64,000 bases of DNA, taken from assembly GCA_002189035.1 (NCBI GenBank), contig CM007989.1:8060001-8124000 (forward strand), in the 5' to 3' direction. The stretch comes from Utricularia gibba. Its lineage: Eukaryota > Plantae > Magnoliophyta. Below the pieces are notes generated by a model. That model searched no databases. It was not told the origin of the DNA and saw only the letters and a program-made list of their open reading frames with translations. Below are positions 11,501 to 24,962 of the stretch, piece by piece; the stretch's first letter is position 1, and each line of letters begins with the position of its first letter. The position numbers and the translations under genes are program-made.

Positions 11501-14500
11501 TTCTCCCTCCATAAGTTGCTTTGATTTTTTTGCTGATAAAAAATGACTGCTTTCATGTTTACTAACTTTGGAGTTTGGCCTATTTTAGATTCCTTTAGAT
11601 TTTTCTCCCTCATGCATAATGCAATTTGTCAAGTTATGCGGTTCCTAGTCCCAAATCCATCCCATTTTTGGCTTTTTTTTATTTCTTTAGATACTCTGTA
11701 TGCAGTTCGGACTTGGGGCTATGTTTCCTGCTAACATTCCTATTTGCGCTTGCAGCTTATTGGCAGGCCAATACCTGTAGAAGCTGGTTCTGGCGAGCGT
11801 GTGCCATCTACAGATACCAGGCGCCTACGACTTCATGATTCTGATACCATAATTGAAGTAAGTGGTTTCCTTGTTTCAAATGGAGCTACTATATTCTTGT
11901 CCTTCTAAAATCACCTCAACTCTTTAAAGAACTCATGTCATATCTGGAAAACAGATCATTTGTCAGGGTACTGACGAAGAAGAAAAGGAACCACAAGAAG
12001 ATGATAATGATGGAATCGCCAACCATGAAATGAGCCGTGCTGGAGAGGCCCGTAGGACTGATGGCATTCCGAACAATGATGGTGAACGCAACAGAGTTTC
12101 TCTGCATCCATCCAGTTCCAGGAAAACGGAAGTTCCCACTAGAAGAAACACCCGTAAGAACTCTAAGAGCCCCAGTGGAGTCTTGCATCCTGATCCAGAA
12201 GTAGCTTTGCCGCACCATTCTGATAAAGAAACCGAGACCACAACTTCTCACAGGTTTTTCTTTGTCAATTTTCTTCGTAAACATACTGTAAACGGGCTTC
12301 CAGTTACAGCAAAATATTCACCTTGATAATGAATCCTCTGAGTGGATATTTTAAATGCTTTCATCGCGGAAAGATGGTAGGAGTGCTGATAAGTTTCTGA
12401 CTCCTTCAGGAGACTTAGAAAGTTGACAGGGTCCATTAGTGTGTTGCATTTGTGTAGGTGATACTAGATCTTCATTCCTTTCAATATGATTTAGATTTCC
12501 GAATAAACTTTTTCACTGCAGGGTTGCAAAAGAAAAGACGTCTCTAAAACCCATGAAGCCAACTGCTTTCAGAAATGGTGAAGAGACCCAGGTTATGGAT
12601 CATCAGAATGAAGTAGATGGTGATGATGTCACTGAAAATACACGCTTGGTATCTTCCCAAGTGACTGAGTCTGAAGCTGAGCCTGCTGCAACTCTTGAGA
12701 ATGAAGTGTGTGAATCTGCAGCGGATGGTGGAGGCCAGGAAACCAAAAGTGAGGAAAGGGCGGGTAATCTGTCCACCGGCGGCGATGAGAGATTGGTAAG
12801 CAAAAAAAGGCCTCGCTCACAAGTGGAACAAGTTTCACAAGATAATGGCAGGGACCTAGACTCTAAAGCTGCCATGGGTGCAGAGAACAGCAAAGCAAGG
12901 TCTGGGAACATTAAAGACAATAGGCAAGTTAGAGACAAATTTGAGGATAATGCTAGAAACCAAAGAAGACCACTGGGTTCTGAAAATAATGCTCCTACAA
13001 GAAGTCATCGAGAAAAGGAAGGTCCTGGTGGGCACCATGTGAAAGCAAAAGGGAGAGAGGAAACGGTTACTCATAGACGTGCCGACCCTAGCATATCAGT
13101 ACACCGACAAAATGAAGGTGAGAATATTGACTCCCGAAGGGAGAGTGACATATCCGAAGGAAGCTCGCTTAGGAGAGATGATGATCCTCATGCAAGAAGG
13201 GCAGGAATCGAGGAAGCAAGAAAGAGGGCTCATGGTGCAGATATTAGCTCCACAGGCAAGACCATGACTAGAGATAGAGAGAGGGGTGAAAAGGATGAGA
13301 AATATCAGTCCAGAAATCAGTTGGAAAAAGGTGCTTGGGGCACAGCAGATTATGATCAAGATGCTGGTTCAAAACAGAGACACTGGGACGATGATTCGAA
13401 GAAGCATCATGCAGATGTTAATGACAGGAGAAGGAGAGATGGGGCTACGTACTCAAGTCGGGAGCAAGGTGAGAGGGAAGTTGCTGTATCTGATTACAAA
13501 GACAATAGCAGCCGCAGAAAGAGAGAGAGAAATGATGGTTCTGATCAGCGGAAAGGAGATGATATTTCCCGAACAAAAGATGATGGTTCACATCATGTCA
13601 GGAAAAAAGATGAAAAATCAATGACAAAGGAGAGGGATGAACGATCAAGAGGTCGTGGTGATGGGAAAAGATCTAAGGAGTCGCATGAAGAAAATTTCTC
13701 GAGAAAAGAAAGAGAGGCCACACATGCAGACTCAAGAACTGGGCGATTAGCAGAAGATAAATCTGGGGCCTCTCGTTCTCGTGCAAAGGATCATTACAAG
13801 GGGTCTGGAAGAGATGACAACCAGAAAGATGCAGGTCGTCATGATGATCAAGTTAAGCGAAGGGATCAATCTGAAAATGAAAAGGTCTCACAGAATAGAG
13901 TTCATGGTGATATTCATCAGCGTGCATCCCAAGGCAGTAAAGGTGAAAAGAGAGCAAGATATGATAGAACTCGCGCAAGTGATGATACCGGCGCCGTCCA
14001 TGCGTCTGATGTTGCAAAGCAGCAAGAAAATCAAAAGAAAGATAGCGGAAAAACCAGTAAAGAACCAGAAGGTGGGAAACATAATTCCATTGCAAATTCG
14101 CAGAGGAATCATGATGAGCACATTGGCAATATCAGTGAGACGGTATGTGTTTCTCTGGACTCAATGAATTAACCTTATCTTGTAGATGTGTGCTTTCATG
14201 ATAATTATAGCATATATATACCATGGTTGGGATGGAGATTAATAGGTTAATGTTGTATCCCCCATCCTCCTCCTCATTATCATTATTGAAATGGAAAATA
14301 ATGAAAAGCTTAAATTAGTTTTGTTTTACTGATTTGTTACATTTGCTGTCATGCTCCAGTAACTAAATATATTCTTTGGTATATTTTTCAATTCCCGCTT
14401 TATCATCTTGTCGATTATATTGATTTACTCGTTCATCACCTCAACAAAACCTCCATAATCTTGTGTTGGTGGTTATCGGGTGATATGATTCTCTGTGGAT

Positions 14501-15426
14501 TATCTGATGCGGTAAGATATCTTCTTGCTTTGCCTTATATCTTGTGTTTGGCTATGCATCTGTTTTCTAGCGGCTCTCTTCAAAATATAAGTTGGCAGAA
14601 TGGCCTAAGCCCAACATCCTAATATTGCTGTGGTGATTACCTCTGTTTTGTTCTCCAGTTTGATAGAACTTTTGAAAGGCCTGGTTGTTTCCTTGTCCTT
14701 CTTCATCCAGCACTCTCTTGACTCTCAATACTATGAGGAGAAGTTTACTGGAGGAGGCCAACCAGACAACATATATCATGCTTGGATTCATGCTTTATTG
14801 TAGCGTTTGTTTTAGAGTAGCGTTTAAACAGAGCTTCAAATCAACCAAGTTGAATGTTTTTTCCTTCTTGTTTCCCACTTTCAGACACATGCTGGGGACA
14901 AAAAAGATGGGGGAAAAGCTGGAAAGGAGCAGCAGTCTTCGAAAAAGCAAGGAGAGGGGGCTTCATCCGAGGATGACAACAATGCGTCCAAGCATGGACG
15001 GTCGAAACTGGAAAGATGGACGAGCCAAAAGGAAAGGGATTTCGGCACAGCCTCCTTGCCATCATCCTCGTCGAAGAGAAGTAAAATCAGGGATACAACA
15101 AACCATTCCAGCACACCGTTGGATGAGAGACCTCCCCGGAAAGTGGAAGACAAGCCGCCGCAGTCATCAGCTAATGATAGAGAACCAAAGGGAGACACAA
15201 ACGCCACTACCAAACCCAGAGTGGATGACAAGCACCTTGATACGGTGGAGAAGCTGAAGAAGCGCAGCGAGCGGTTCAAACTTCCGATGCCCGGTGAGAA
15301 AGACGCCGCTGCCACCACGAAGAAACTGGAGGGCGACGTCTTACCTCCGCCCCCAACTGAAAATCCAAAGGATTCTGATGTCAAGCCGGAGCGCCCCCAC
15401 GAAAAAGGAGGTGGACTGGCAACTGA
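8547..15426 (+). CDS. FIPS5: Pre-mRNA polyadenylation factor FIP1[V]/FIPS5-like, ~9 exons, with an apparent 1-nt deletion near the C-terminus
   Basis: MEDDDEFGDLYTDVL start and Fip1 motif TIFEVDIDGFEEKPWKFPSIDVSDFFNFGLNEESWKDYCKQL (~10850-10977). An R/D/E-rich exon spans 12522-14142. The last exon from 14885 contains GRSKLERWTSQKERDF and LKKRSERFKLPMP. One more C in the run at 15394-15398 gives ..ERPPRKRRWTGN* (stop 15424-15426). Confidence 0.9.
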
Positions 15427-16301
15427 ATGAAGTCCTCCAGCCCCCATGCGAAGAGTTAAGTACCCTTCGCGCCTTAGAGAATTTGAACCTCCAATGAGTC
15501 CGCTGGTTCATAGAGCTGCTTTATCAGCCCTCCATTCTTGCTTGTCATAGGATCTGAAGTCTCTTCCTTTATACCCTTTAACTGTCGAAACAGCTGTGAA
15601 AATGGCGGTGGTTGTTTCTGGCGAACGTCAGCTTGTATTGTATGTCAAGATGTTTTTTTCCAGGATTATTTGTGTATTTTTATATAATTAATATTTTGAC
15701 AGGGACGGGGGCAAATATGTAAAAGCACAAGATCCCCTTCCAAGTCGTTTTAACCACGGTAAACCTTAGTAGGCGGGAATGTGGGCGGGAGAGAGCTGGA
15801 ATCCCACGGGGGCTCTCCTCGTCTCGTGATTTCCGATGGGAAGGAATGCCGACGTTCCCTAATCGCCTGGTTGATGAGATGATAGTAACGATGTTGTTGA
15901 TGGTCTCATCATGAATCGCTGCTGCTCTGCAGTTGCTCTGTTGATTTCGGTGGTGTGATGTTCCAAGATTTGTGGCGGTGATGATTTTTCTTGATCGGTT
16001 TCCGTTTCATCTCCCTCTCGCCGGAGCTTCAATCGGCGTTTGAGTTTAGCCGGCACGTATCTTGGCGCGACGAGCTGGATCTACCGGCTTTGTAGCCATG
16101 GCGTGTCTGGATTGTCTTCGTCTCTACCGGTGAACGTCAGATCTGAGCCCTAATAACCAGCGGTCGTGGTTTTGGTGGTGATTTTTTTATAAGAGACATG
16201 AAGTCTCCAGTGGGTTCCCGGCGAAAGAAGTTGAAATCCCTGACTCGTTTCATATTTGCTGGAGACTTCATCCCGCACCACTCAAACTCGAACTTGCGGC
16301 T

Positions 16302-16392
16302 CCTGTGTGATGTATCTATGCATGCAGATGTCCGCTCGTCTGATGATCCTGTGTGATATATGTATCTATGCATGCAGATGTTCGCTCGTCTG
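16302..16392. repeat. Direct tandem duplication, ~46-50 bp x2
   Basis: cctgtgtga..tgtatctatgcatgcagatgt(c/t)cgctcgtctg occurs at 16302 and 16348. Confidence 0.85.
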
Positions 16393-18056
16393 TGTGCGAG
16401 GCGACATTATTGAGGCTGTGATGAAGCTGATGGATTTCTGCTCGAAGCAGGGGGGATCCGGCCGTATCTTGGCGTGGCTGGCCGGTGGAATCGGTCTTTG
16501 CAGCCATGGCGGTATTCGGGTTCTCGATGCCTGCTGCGGGCGATATATCTGCATTTGAGCCTGATACGTATCGAAGGCATTGATTTCAAATCGCGCGGGA
16601 GACCGGCGAAAATCCCCAGTGTTCTCTCTCTCTCTGAGGCAATGACGATAGCTTGCAAAGTGGACGTCGGCAAGAAGGATAAACCCAACCCGTATCTTGG
16701 CGAGGCGGTCCGGTATTCCGGATCTGCAGCCATGGCGGGTGGAACTCCTCTGTCTTGTCTCGTATTTTTCAATCTCATCTGAGCCTCTGATTCGAAGGAA
16801 GCTGTCTCCCCTTTGAAGAATGAGGGTTGAAGAGAGGGGAATTTTAGGAGGGTTGTTGCCCCTGACTCTCAACCCTGTGATTTTGAATCAAACCTCAACA
16901 ATCCTCCAAATCATCATCAGCATCATCATCATTCCATTTTTGTCTAAAGAATCACCATGTCCTGGGGCTCTGATGATGCTTCCTGATTCTTCTGGGCTTC
17001 TCCGGTTATGGAAAACTAGCCCGTATCTTGGTATGGCGTCTCCCATCGGATTGAGATTTCAAATCCCTTCGAAAACTGAAACTGACTTCTCGGTTTCTTC
17101 TCCAAGCTTCCGGCGCGACAGTTGCATAGGTGGAGCACATCGTCGAGTCCGTTCGTGTTTAGGAGGTACATTTCTTCCTCAATCTACTTGATTTTGTTCT
17201 TCTTTCGATGTATATGCACCTGCACCTAATACTTACTACTCACCAGTGTGTAGATTAGTTTTCTTTGGTGGAATAAATGAATCTGTGAAAGTTATTCATA
17301 GAGGTTTGTAGATTTAAGTTAGTCGCTCTGAATCTGGGTCTCTGGTGATATCTTCCTACACAACCAGGGCAGCAGCAATCGGTGCATTTTGTTTTGATAT
17401 TTCAACCTGAGTTTTCTTACATTCTTTCCCCTCTGGTTTTATGATCAATTCGTTCGTTAGTGATGTTCCGCACAATTATGGTTTGGGGATCATGAATCTT
17501 GTTTAGGATTGAGAATGCAGCTCTTTGGATGTTAGGTATTTAGATGTAGTGTATGATTTTTTTGTTTTGCAAAATAAATGAGTTTTAGAAAATATCTGTA
17601 AAATATATAATATTTTAATTTTAATTCATAAAATAAATGAAATTTGATTTATATGTTTAAAATATTTTTTGGAATAGAATATTAAGTCTGTGTTTGGTAT
17701 GTGACTTTAAGTGAATCTATTAGTAAATCCATGGATTGTAGGTGGGTAATCTTAAAATTCATGGTTAAGTTTATAAAATCTGAGAGGGGACGAGAGGGGT
17801 CAATTTACATACATTATTGCATTTTCTTATCATTAATCAATCTTTTTGAAAATTGATCAAATCTATTGAAGAGTATTTTGTGAAAGTGGCATTAAGGATG
17901 TCATATTCTTATTTCAATTCATTTTTTACTACTATTGTGAGTTTTTATTTTTGATATTAATGAGTTTTCTCCAGGTATGTTTAAGAAGAAGATAATGAAG
18001 AATAAGTTAATGATGATGAAGAATAAATAGAAAGAAAAAAAGAGGAAGAAGACTAA

Positions 18057-18545
18057 GGTTTTGTTTGGTTAATGTATTTAAATGTTAATGGATTTAAATT
18101 ATTCAGGTTTAGATAAATTTAAATATTTGAGTATAAAAATAATTATATTTTTAGGGTATGTTTGGTTTATGGGATTATTAAAATTAGAATTATAAATTAT
18201 TAGGATTACATGAATTTTTTTTAATTCCATGTACATGAATTTATTTAAAATCACATACATTCTTTTTTTATTTAAAATTATTTAAAATTTATGTATTAAA
18301 ATAATTTTAATACATCAATTTTATTTAAATCCAAATAAATTAAATTCATTTTATTCCATTCTCATAAATTAAACACACCTTTATATGTATACATATTCTA
18401 TATATGAAGTTATTATGTAGATATAATGATGATTATACTTACATAATTAATATGATTATACTTATATAATTAGTATATATCAAATAATACAATTTTAATT
18501 AAATTAATTATAAATCAATTTTATAACTTTATATCAAACAAAATC
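18057..18545. mobile_element. Tourist (PIF/Harbinger)-like MITE, outer element
   Basis: The left end GGTTTTGTTTGGT matches the reverse complement of the right end (ATCAAACAAAATC) at 11/13. TAA flanks both sides (18054-56 and 18546-48). The interior is AT-rich and non-coding. Confidence 0.55.
18154..18380. mobile_element. Tourist-like MITE nested inside the previous element
   Basis: The left end GGGTATGTTTGGTTTATGGGA matches the reverse complement of the right end (TCTCATAAATTAAACACACCT) at about 16/21. TTA flanks both sides (18151-53 and 18381-83). Confidence 0.65.
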
Positions 18546-20251
18546 TAATTGATATGAAAATTAATTTTAATTAATATATTATAATTGTAAATGATCATCA
18601 CATATATTGTTATATGGTAATTGCTATAAAATGAGGTTTCAATATAAATAATACAGAAAAGTAAATATATAATAATTAATTTTAATTAATTGAAAAAAAT
18701 ATTAGTAATTTTACAAAAATTTAACAAAATTATAATTTTACACAAAAAATATGCTTTGATTTTAAATTTAAATAAATTATACATATCAAAATAATAATTA
18801 TTTTTTAAATCAATCAAAAAAATCCGATTCGTGCAGATTCTTCCTCCAACGAAGAGGTCTTGGTGAAATTGCCACATATGAAATTGAGCACAATTTTGCA
18901 AAGAAATAGTCCACCTGTTTCTCGAGACGAGATGGGAAACATGCTCAATATTATTTGATTGAATAGTTGACCCAGCCCTTTGTTGTTTGAAGAAACCCTC
19001 CACTTCAATTGATATTTTTTCACGAAAAGAAGACATCAGATAAGAAATCCAAATTAAAATCAAACTAAACTCAATTGGTATTTATCTCAATCTAAGTAAA
19101 CTAAACTCAAATTAAAATCAAACTCACATATAAAAAATGAGTTATATATAATAATAAAAAACAATTTATAAAACATTAAATATGTTCGATAAATTATTTT
19201 TTAAAATTTAAAATAAATAAAATTAAATATTATTTATATAATACATAAAATTTAAAACATCATCTATTTAATCAATTTTTTATATACGCACATGGGGTTT
19301 GGTTGTTGGGTGCATTCGGTTACGGTCGAACGGCAACGGGATGACGGAAGCAACGGCAAAGGGCTACTACGGTTAGATGGGCTTTTTCATCATAATGGGC
19401 TCGCAAACCCCTTCTGCCATTTATGAGAGATGCGCCGAGCCAAAAACGCACAAGCAATCAATGCGACATTCTAATGGGCTTCAATATGCACAACGGGTAT
19501 GGTTCATTTGACGTTCTAAACCGCCGGAGATGTTTGAGTGCAAGTGCACATAATCTCTTCAGCATACTACAACTCTAGTTCATGCATTGAATGGTTACTA
19601 ACCTGAGAGTTCACAGCACCTTTGACATTCCACCATCGAATTATCAGTGTAAAAATCAAGCCTGTTGACCAACATGTACAATAAGAAGGCTATTTTAGCA
19701 GTGTAGGTAAAGGCACCAATGCAACATCGAATCTGAAAAAGAAAACAAGTCGTGCCCAAGACGGCAAATGTGAAATGCCTTGCGACAAATCATGGATCAA
19801 TACTTCAAAGCAAGTGAGTTTCACCATACCTCATCAAGAAGGCATCAGTGTGACAGTTCGGATCCAGTTCCGATCAATAAAATGAATCAACGTGATGGTC
19901 AAGCAAAACTACCTCACGAAAGGTGTTGAACTACTGGTGTACTGCAGATCCAGAAATTTTGATTCAAGTAACTGTGAACGAAATAGAGAAGAAATTTCAG
20001 CCTCTGTGCAACAATTAAGGATCAAAAAAATCTTCATTCCCAGATAACGAGAATGAAAAATTTAATTACTCCTACAACAATCGCTCATTAAGGCCAAATG
20101 AATGGGGGAAGTTCAGATCTGAATGATCATAATTGATCGAAGAAAGAAAAACTGACATAACAATCGTAACATTTCAGGAAATCTTGAAGCACCAGAGAAT
20201 AAATTTTGATAGCATGATTGCATGATTGCATCCGATACATGCCTAAAGTAC

Positions 20252-20552
20252 CTCTACGATCTTACATATTACAATCAATGGAGAGAAAGTGCGACAGCGC
20301 AAAACAAACCTTCGTCGACTCAATCGCTATTTCTCGATTCCACTGCCACCACCGCTGGTGATATAACATCAGATCTCTTCTATGATCTTGCATATTATAA
20401 TCAATAGAGAGAAAACGCAACAACGTAAAACAAACCTTCGTAGATCCATCCACTCATTACAGAACCGTAGATCGCACGATTTCAAACCAGCATGAAGCCG
20501 CTACCTCTCGATTCCACTCGCACCATCGTTGGCGATAAAGCATCAGATCTCC
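20252..20552. repeat. Imperfect tandem duplication (~126-bp unit) upstream of the H+-ATPase gene
   Basis: ct(c/t)tacgatcttacatattacaatcaat-gagagaaa..aaaacaaaccttcgt occurs at 20252 and 20378. ctcgattccac..catcagatctc occurs at ~20332 and ~20507. Confidence 0.8.
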
Positions 20553-21142
20553 TTCTCCGCCTTAATCGCTCTGGAAGAAGAAATCGGGCGAAAAAGGAAG
20601 ACGGACGTGAAACCCAATCTTGAAATTCCCGCCTAGGCATTTATAGAGAAATGACTCTAAAGTACCAGTATGAAATAAGCAAAAATAACGGGCGTTTACG
20701 GTAATTATTATTTTTTGAACCCAACCATGGATTCTATTACACATTTTTTTCTTTTTATTTTTTATTGTAATGGGAATTCATGACAAGCATGCAGAGAAGG
20801 CAGCAAAACAGTAATGAGAGGAAGTCCATGTTTCAAGGGAGCCCTGCAATGGACAGCGCAGAAAGGGGAAGAAATGAATAGAATGTCGTAAGAAAGTATT
20901 GATTGATCTTCCGCCATTTTCGAAACCTGGAGCCACGGCTTAAAAAGCTTATATGTAGCCATGGTAGAGAAGGTTCTCTACGATTCTTTCATCCTTTGTC
21001 AGCTCTTTACAAAGGGAAAAAGAATCAAAACAAAACCTTCAAAACTGTATGTGAGGAGGGAGACCGAAGAGTGCATCTTTACTCTGAATCTTTCTCCCGG
21101 GGGTTTCCCCCGCTTCTCTTTTTTCCTGAATAGTTTGAAGAA

Positions 21143-24100
21143 ATGGCTTCTGATATTACCTTGGAAGCGATAAAGAATGAAACAGTTGATCTTGTAAGGG
21201 GTTTGTTTGTGAATTGGGTGTAATCAGATTTTGTATTGTGTCGAGGAATTGAAGGGGTAAGTTGTTGGGTATTTGCAGGAGAATATGCCTGTTGATGAAG
21301 TGTTCGTGCAATTGAAATGCACGAAGGATGGCTTGACATCTGAGGAGGGGAGAAAGAGGCTGGAGATTTTTGGTCCTAATAAATTGGAAGAGAAGAAAGA
21401 TAGCAAAATTCTGAAGTTTTTGGGTTTTATGTGGAATCCACTTTCATGGGTCATGGAGGCTGCTGCAATTATGGCCATTGTGATGGCTAATGGAGGGGTT
21501 TGCATCAAGCTATCCATGTGTGTTGTTTCAGTTTGTGGCTTGTGTTGTTTGTTAATGGATTTAATAATGTGCAGGGCAAGCCTCCAGATTGGCAAGACTT
21601 TGTTGGGATTGTCGTGCTTCTCATTATAAACTCAACCATTAGTTTCATAGAAGAAAACAATGCAGGAAATGCTGCCGCTGCTCTCATGGCCGGCCTGGCT
21701 CCCAAAACCAAGGTTGGAAATGTTGTTTGTCGACATTAAATTTGCAGAGCGAAATTTAATACTTTGATTCACACCTAATGTGTGTTCTTGTGGGTAAAAA
21801 AGGTTTTGAGGGATGGGAAATGGGGTGAGCAAGATGCATCAATCCTTGTCCCGGGAGACTTGATAAGTGTGAAGTTGGGTGACATTATTCCAGCTGATGC
21901 TCGTCTTCTTGAGGGTGATCCCTTGAAGATTGATCAATCAGCACTCACCGGTGAATCGCTTCCGGTAACGAAAAACCCCGGTGATGAAGTGTTCTCTGGC
22001 TCTACATGCAAACAAGGTGAAATTGAGGCTGTTGTCATTGCCACTGGTGTACACACATTTTTCGGAAAGGCTGCTCATCTGGTTGATAGCACCAACAATG
22101 TGGGGCATTTTCAAAAGGTATATTAGCTTCTTCTTCTTCTTCTCACCCAAGATGCAGTTTTTAACATAAAAAATGGAGATTCATGTACGATAATCAGGTC
22201 TTGACTGCTATTGGGAACTTCTGCATTTGCTCCATCGCAATAGGGATGCTGATCGAGATTGTTGTGATGTATCCAATCCAAAAAAGAACATATAGAGATG
22301 GCATTGACAGTCTGCTTGTTCTTCTCATTGGGGGCATTCCTATTGCCATGCCAACCGTGTTATCTGTGACAATGGCAATCGGATCACACAGATTGTCTCA
22401 GCAGGGGGCAATCACTAAAAGAATGACTGCCATTGAGGAGATGGCTGGTATGGATGTGCTCTGCAGTGACAAAACAGGAACTCTTACACTCAACAAGCTT
22501 TCTGTTGACAAGACTCTTATTGAAGTTTTCCATAAGAATATGGATAGAGACACAGTTGTCTTGCTTGCTGCTCGAGCCTCAAGAGTTGAGAATCAGGATG
22601 CCATTGATGCTTCAATTGTTAACATGTTGAGTGATCCAAAAGAGGTATATAAAACCCTTTCTTCACCTCGCAATTGACTGCATACCCACCTTCATTATTT
22701 GCTGCTCTTCCTGTGGCTTATCAGGCTAGAGCTGGGATCACTGAGGTTCATTTCTTGCCTTTCAATCCGGTTGAGAAGCGCACTGCCATTACGTATTATG
22801 ACTCAAATGGGGAGTGGCACAGATGCAGCAAGGGTGCTCCTGAACAAGTACAGAAAAACCTTCAACTGTATACATCACATTCTGTTAGAAACATGGCAGT
22901 GACTGTTATTCACATGCTTCAAACATGCAGATCATTGATCTATGCCAACTCAAAGGAGCTGAATTGAAGAAGGCTCATGAGATCGTAGACAACTTTGCAA
23001 ACCGTGGTCTTCGTTCTCTTGGTGTTGCAAGACAGGTTTCTTAGACATCTTCAGGAAACATATATTGTGATAATACTGAACTGATTGGATTATTCAAAAT
23101 CGAAAACCTTGACAGGATGTAACAGAGAAAAACAAAGAGAGTGCTGGCGGACCATGGGAATTCATAGGTTTGCTACCCCTATTTGATCCCCCTAGGCATG
23201 ATAGTGCAGAAACAATCAAGAGGGCGCTTGATCTTGGAGTAAATGTGAAGATGATCACTGGTGATCAGTTGGCCATCGGCAAAGAAACGGGCCGGAGACT
23301 TGGAATGGGCACAAATATGTATCCATCTTCTGCTCTGCTTGGGCAGCACAGGGATGAATCTATTGCATCCATTCCCATTGATGAACTCATAGAGAAAGCT
23401 GATGGTTTTGCTGGTGTCTTCCCAGGTTAAAAAAATGATAAACTGCTCTTGCTAATTTTCTACTATAAGCTGTAAGTGCCGAAAATTGTTGCCTCACAGA
23501 GCACAAGTATGAGATTGTGAAGAAACTACAAGAAAGGAAGCACATTTGTGGCATGACCGGAGATGGTGTGAATGATGCACCTGCACTCAAAAAAGCTGAT
23601 ATTGGCATTGCTGTGGCTGATGCCACAGATGCAGCCCGAAGTGCATCAGATATCGTCTTGACTGAGCCAGGACTCAGTGTGATTGTGAGTGCAGTGCTCA
23701 CAAGTAGAGCCATTTTCCAGAGGATGAAGAACTACACCATCTATGCAGTTTCCATCACTATTCGCATTGTGATGGGATTCATGTTGCTTGCCCTTCTCTG
23801 GAAATTTGACTTCCCCCTTTCATGGTTTTGATCATTGCAATCCTCAATGATGGAACCATCATGACAATCTCTAAAGACAGGGTGAAGCCATCTCCCGTGC
23901 CTGATTCATGGAAGTTGAAGGAAATCTTTGCAACTGGAGTAGTTCTTGGATCATACATGGCTGTGATGACTGTTGTTTTCTTCTACCTTGCAGCAAGCAC
24001 TGACTTCTTCACAGTAAGCTTCATTCTACCTGCTTACAATATGCTGTTTATCACATAAAAATAATGTGTTAGTTTCTTTCTCATAGGATACATTTGAAGT

Positions 24101-24962
24101 AAGATCCATCAAGGCTAGTCCTCGTGAGCTCAACTCAGCTGTTTACCTTCAAGTCAGCATCATAAGCCAAGCTCTCATCTTTGTGACAAGATCACAGAGC
24201 TGGTCATTTGTTGAGCGCCCTGGATACATGCTCATTTGCGCTTTCTTCATAGCCCAGCTGGTCATCCTCCATAAGATCACCTTTCTGAACATCCCATTTC
24301 CATTTTTCTTCATGTTTCTTCAAGTTCCCACATCTCTGATTCTCAGGTTGCCACATTGATAGCGGTGTATGCAAACTGGGGATTTGCAAGAGTCCAAGGC
24401 ATCGGGTGGGAGTGGGCTGGTGTCATATGGATATTCAGCATTGTCACATACTTCCCTCTTGATGTCCTCAAATTCATGATTCGCTTTGCATTGAGTGGGA
24501 AGGCTTGGGACTCCATGATCCAAAACAAGGTATTCTTGTTTTCAGTTATCAAAACCGAGCTCCTTTCAACAAATTCCCATCTTCATTCTCCTCTGTTTCA
24601 TGAACCAGACTGCTTTCACGACCAAGGCAGACTATGGCATGAAAGAAAGAGAGGCGCAGTGGGCCATGGCACAACGAACCCTCCATGGCCTCTCCGCAGA
24701 CAACAGCCCAACAAAGAACTGCAAGGAGCTTTCTGAACTTGCAGAGCAGGCGAAACGAAGGGCCGAGATGGCAAGGTATTTGCTGCATCCTCATTGCATG
24801 CTTGGGATGATAAAAAAAGACACATATTGCTTCGCTCACCCCTTCGTTCTGCACCACTACTGCAGGTTGAGGGAGCTTCATACTCTCAAGGGACATGTGG
24901 AGTCTGTTGTCAAGTTAAAGGGCTTGGACATTGAGACAATTCAACAACATTACACTGTGTAG
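21143..24962 (+). CDS. AHA: Plasma-membrane P3A-type H+-ATPase, multi-exon, with an apparent 1-nt deletion at ~23813-23817
   Basis: [17 protein letters not shown] start, [24 protein letters not shown], phosphorylation motif [30 protein letters not shown], and a C-terminal R domain ending in the 14-3-3 site HYTV*. One more C restores the conserved [11 protein letters not shown]. Confidence 0.97.

Noticed and set aside
18686-19063. 125-aa ORF as a transposase fragment
   Set aside because: No recognisable DDE or other motif is present, and the ORF runs into AT-rich low-complexity DNA.
23517-24058. AHA as a frameshifted pseudogene
   Set aside because: All catalytic motifs and splice sites are intact. 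The only lesion is -1 in a C-run, the same pattern seen in five other genes.
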